Positions 29,084 to 32,000 of a DNA stretch of 32,000 nucleotides are shown one piece after another. Below the pieces are notes generated by a model. It was not told where the DNA came from and did no database searches. It saw only the letters and a program-made list of their open reading frames with translations. Source of the DNA: Paramicrosporidium saccamoebae KSL3 (taxonomy: Eukaryota > Fungi > Cryptomycota); the NCBI GenBank assembly GCA_002794465.1, contig MTSL01000065.1, positions 80,450-112,449 on the forward strand, in the 5' to 3' direction. The position numbers were made by a program, and so were the translations under genes. The stretch's first letter is position 1. Each line of letters begins with the position of its first letter.

Positions 29084-29988
29084 ATGTCAAACTCGGTCAC
29101 TATCGAGTCGGTGGGTACAACCGCCACTATCCACAAATTAGGCGCAACGGTGATTTCGTGGCAGATTGAGGGAGAGGAGAAACTCTTTGTCAGGTGGCCC
29201 TCTCGACGGCTATGTAATTACTAGTTCAAAGGCAATTTGGGATGGAACCAAGCCTATAAGGGGCGGAATCCCGCTCGTTTTTCGTAATACTCGTAATAAT
29301 CTCTCCCTGATCCGTAGCACAATTTGGGACAGGCGAGATTATGGCAGGACAACACGGATTTGCTCGTAATCAAGTGTGGGAGTTGCAAAAAACAGCGCCG
29401 GATACCTTGAAATGTACACTAAGTGATAATGAAAGCACAAGAGAAGCCTGGAATAACAAGTTTAGCCTATGCTACATTGTCAAAGTGGCCAAGGGTCAGC
29501 TACATGTGTCATTTACTGTGGAGAATACAGGTCTCGAAGGATCGACTTTTAAATTCACATCGCTCCTACACACATACTTTGACATTGCCGATATTTCCAC
29601 TGTCAAAGTTACAGGCTTCCAAGGATTGACATACAAGGATAAGCTACTGGGTGGTAAGGAACTACATGAGGATCGGGCCGAGGTGACTGTCAACTCTGAG
29701 GTTGACCGACACTATATTAACGCTCCTGACAAACTTCGACTTCAGTCTGCGGCCGGCGCGATGGAGATTGAAAAGACTGGATTTAAGGATGTCGTCTTTT
29801 GGAATCCGTGGATAGAAAAGTCCAAGGCCATGGCCGACTTTGATGACAGCGAGGTAAGAGATTTATTAATGCATAACCGGCCATAGTATGGGCGCATGGT
29901 TTGTATCGAAGTAGGCCAAGTTTCAGAGCCCATCAGTCTTCCACCTGGCTCCACCTGGTCTGCCACTCAAACTCTCCGAGTTCTATGA
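29084..29988 (+). CDS. Glucose-6-phosphate 1-epimerase (aldose 1-epimerase family, YMR099C-like), 3 introns
   Basis: GATVISW...[27 protein letters not shown]...QHGFARN, FTSLLHTYF, EVDRHY, DVVFWNPWIEKSKAMADF, MVCIEVG. An alternative ATG lies at 29066. Confidence 0.9.
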
Positions 29989-30211
29989 TTAATCATGTCC
30001 GTTTCATTAATCTCATTAGCCAGCACCTATCGTCTTGGTCCATCAATTAATTGTAATTTACAAGTCGTATTTGTAGCCAAGAATAGCATTAGTACGCAAT
30101 CTAACTGGTCTGCGTGACCCACAACGGCACTCTCTCGTTGGCTGGTATTTTTGGCATCATCGTAAAATTACACCACTATAAAACAGCATCGCGCCGGGGA
30201 GACTTGGTAGA

Positions 30212-31430
30212 ATGTATCGATTACTCCCGATCGTCGTCGCCCTGTCCATCGGATCCCTCAGCGCCAAGGTGGTGAAACTTGATCTTAACAAAGTGGAGCC
30301 GTCCTTGCCGCAATTGGATAATGCGCACAGCAACATGATGAACCGTTTCCAGAAGCTTGTAGCGGATGGCAAGCCAGTATCCGCACTGAGCCTGGTAAAC
30401 AACATGGACACATCATACTATGGAACAATCCAGATTGGCTCACCACCGCAGGATTTCAATGTAATCTTTGACACGGGCTCCTCCGATCTGTGGGTAATGT
30501 CAACGGACTGCGGCTCAATCGCATGTCAAGGCCACCCGCGCTTTGACTCAAAGATGTCGAGCACCTACAAGAACAATGGCACTAATTTTTCCATTGCCTA
30601 CGGGACAGGACAGGTGTCGGGTAGTATTGGATATGTACCATAATAAGTTGTGCTGATCTTATCTTGTAGGACACCCTGACCATGTCTGGCTTAAAGATTC
30701 GCAATCAAGGATTTGGTGAAACCAAGAGAGCTCCTGGAGCGGTAATCCCCAGAATTTATTGCTAAGCGTATAGACATTTATGAACACTCCGTTTAACGGT
30801 CTCATGGGAATGGGATTTCAAGATCTGTCGAGTAGCAAGACGGTCACTCCGTTCCAAAACCTGCTTGCTCAAAAGCTCATTGACGAACCCGTCTTTGCCT
30901 TCAAACTCAACCCAAAGGACTATAAAACTGGCGGTCAAATGACTCTTGGTGGTATGGATCCGGCAGATTATGAGGGCGAGATTACTTGGCTTCCATTGAC
31001 ACGCGCATTATACTGGGAAGTGTCCTTGGAGCACATTAAACTGGGCCGTTTTGAAATGAAGGATCCTGCGAGGGCAATCATTGATACCGGAACGTCACTC
31101 ATCGCATGTCCGTCGTACATGGCGGAATATCTAAACATGCAAATCAATGCACGTCCATCAAGTTCGGGATTATATTTTCTGGACTGTGCAACGCTCCCCA
31201 AGCTGCCTACTCTCAGTCTGAATCTTGGTGGTCATAAATTCAGCCTTTCGCCCGAAGAGTACGTTCTCAGATTTGATAATGTATGTGTCTCTGTGTTCTC
31301 TGGGCTGGATCTGCCTACCGATGATGGCCGACCAATGTGGATCCTGGGGGATGCATTCATCCGTAAATATTATTCGGTTTTCGATATGGGGAATCGTCGC
31401 ATTGGGCTTGCCAAGGCCAGACACTCTTAG
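30212..31430 (+). CDS. Secreted/vacuolar A1-family aspartic protease (pepsin/cathepsin D/Pep4-like), 2 introns, 383 aa
   Basis: Signal peptide and short propeptide, [30 protein letters not shown] flap, second catalytic [23 protein letters not shown]...RIGLA. TATA-like TATAAAA about 35 bp upstream. Confidence 0.95.
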
Positions 31431-31582
31431 TTGTGGTCCTTTGGGTCTTAGAATAAAATATCTTGCAACCGTTTTGTAAGGTTAAAAGTAAGGACTGCCT
31501 GCAACTATAAGATAATGTTGATTAGCGAGTCGTGTTATCAAGATGTGTGGCGCCTTTATGGGTCAACACACTGGATTATGGG

Positions 31583-31897
31583 ATGGTCTTTTGGACTGAG
31601 GACACCATCATAAGCGGATCTTGCTTGATATGTGGTAGACCTGCAAAATAGGGGATTAATGTCTGCGTAGAGTATGGTCAGACGAAAGAATTAGCCCCAA
31701 AAACCGTCACTCGCTTAAAGTTTTATGGCAATGAGCTCCTGCACATAGGATATTGTATCACCACGTAACACTGTCTAATAAATTGTAAATTATTAAGGCA
31801 CTACGACTCTACACCTGCTTACATTCTAACCCTTACGCCGCATATATTTCGCGGGGATGTTGTGGACCAATCAAAATGTACAACGGGCTTGGACTGA
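31583..31897 (+). CDS. Tentative 81-aa spliced ORF of unknown function overlapping the CWC21 start
   Basis: Intron-like segments 31635-31670 (36 nt) and 31765-31797 (33 nt) fit the local intron signature, and splicing both gives an open frame of 82 codons. No family recognised. Confidence 0.3.
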
Positions 31898-32000
31898 GGA
31901 CAGCTCGCGGCTCTGGGACAAATGGATATGTGCAGCGAAACTTGAGTTTTGCAAAGCCCAAGCCGCAGGGAACATTTTCTTACGACCAGCCGCCGCCAAA
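31876..32000 (+). CDS. CWC21: Pre-mRNA splicing factor Cwc21/SRRM2 N-terminus (runs off the window)
   Basis: [24 protein letters not shown] is the highly conserved Cwc21/SRRM2 N-terminal motif. Confidence 0.92.
   Translation, partial: MYNGLGLRTARGSGTNGYVQRNLSFAKPKPQGTFSYDQPPP

Noticed and set aside
1-32000. Prokaryotic, viral or mobile-element origin of the window
   Set aside because: Dense spliceosomal introns, eukaryote-specific housekeeping genes and a CCA-less tRNA with a Pol III terminator. No transposase, integrase, reverse transcriptase, LTR or TIR was seen.

Overview
Extremely compact, intron-rich eukaryotic genomic DNA. It is fungal-like (carries a fungus-type DUF1752/PF08550 protein) and, by inference, from an early-diverging, gene-dense lineage such as Rozellomycota/Cryptomycota (e.g. 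Paramicrosporidium-like); this is not proven from sequence alone. I reconstructed about 25 protein-coding genes and one tRNA-Leu(AAG). Eighteen of the genes are spliced, with about 56 GT-AG introns, all 28-40 nt, and every spliced model closes in frame. Most entries in the supplied ORF track are exon fragments or antisense shadows. Several real genes (RPN9, an STF2/HABP4-like microprotein, VPS68/TMEM50, CWC21) are missing from it. The most notable system is a tandem pair of hybrid histidine kinase paralogs at 19402-24788, both GAF-like/PAS/HisKA/HATPase/pseudo-receiver/receiver. The first is catalytically intact. The second has lost the phospho-His and the ATP-binding boxes but keeps a perfect receiver, shares two intron positions with the first, and shares a C-terminal KR-x(1-2)-CxC tail: a candidate kinase/pseudokinase module. 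Other oddities: a divergent ALG12/epimerase pair whose start codons are at most 16 bp apart, an in-register 18-bp coding-like repeat running through the MPV17 stop codon, and several very small intergenic gaps.
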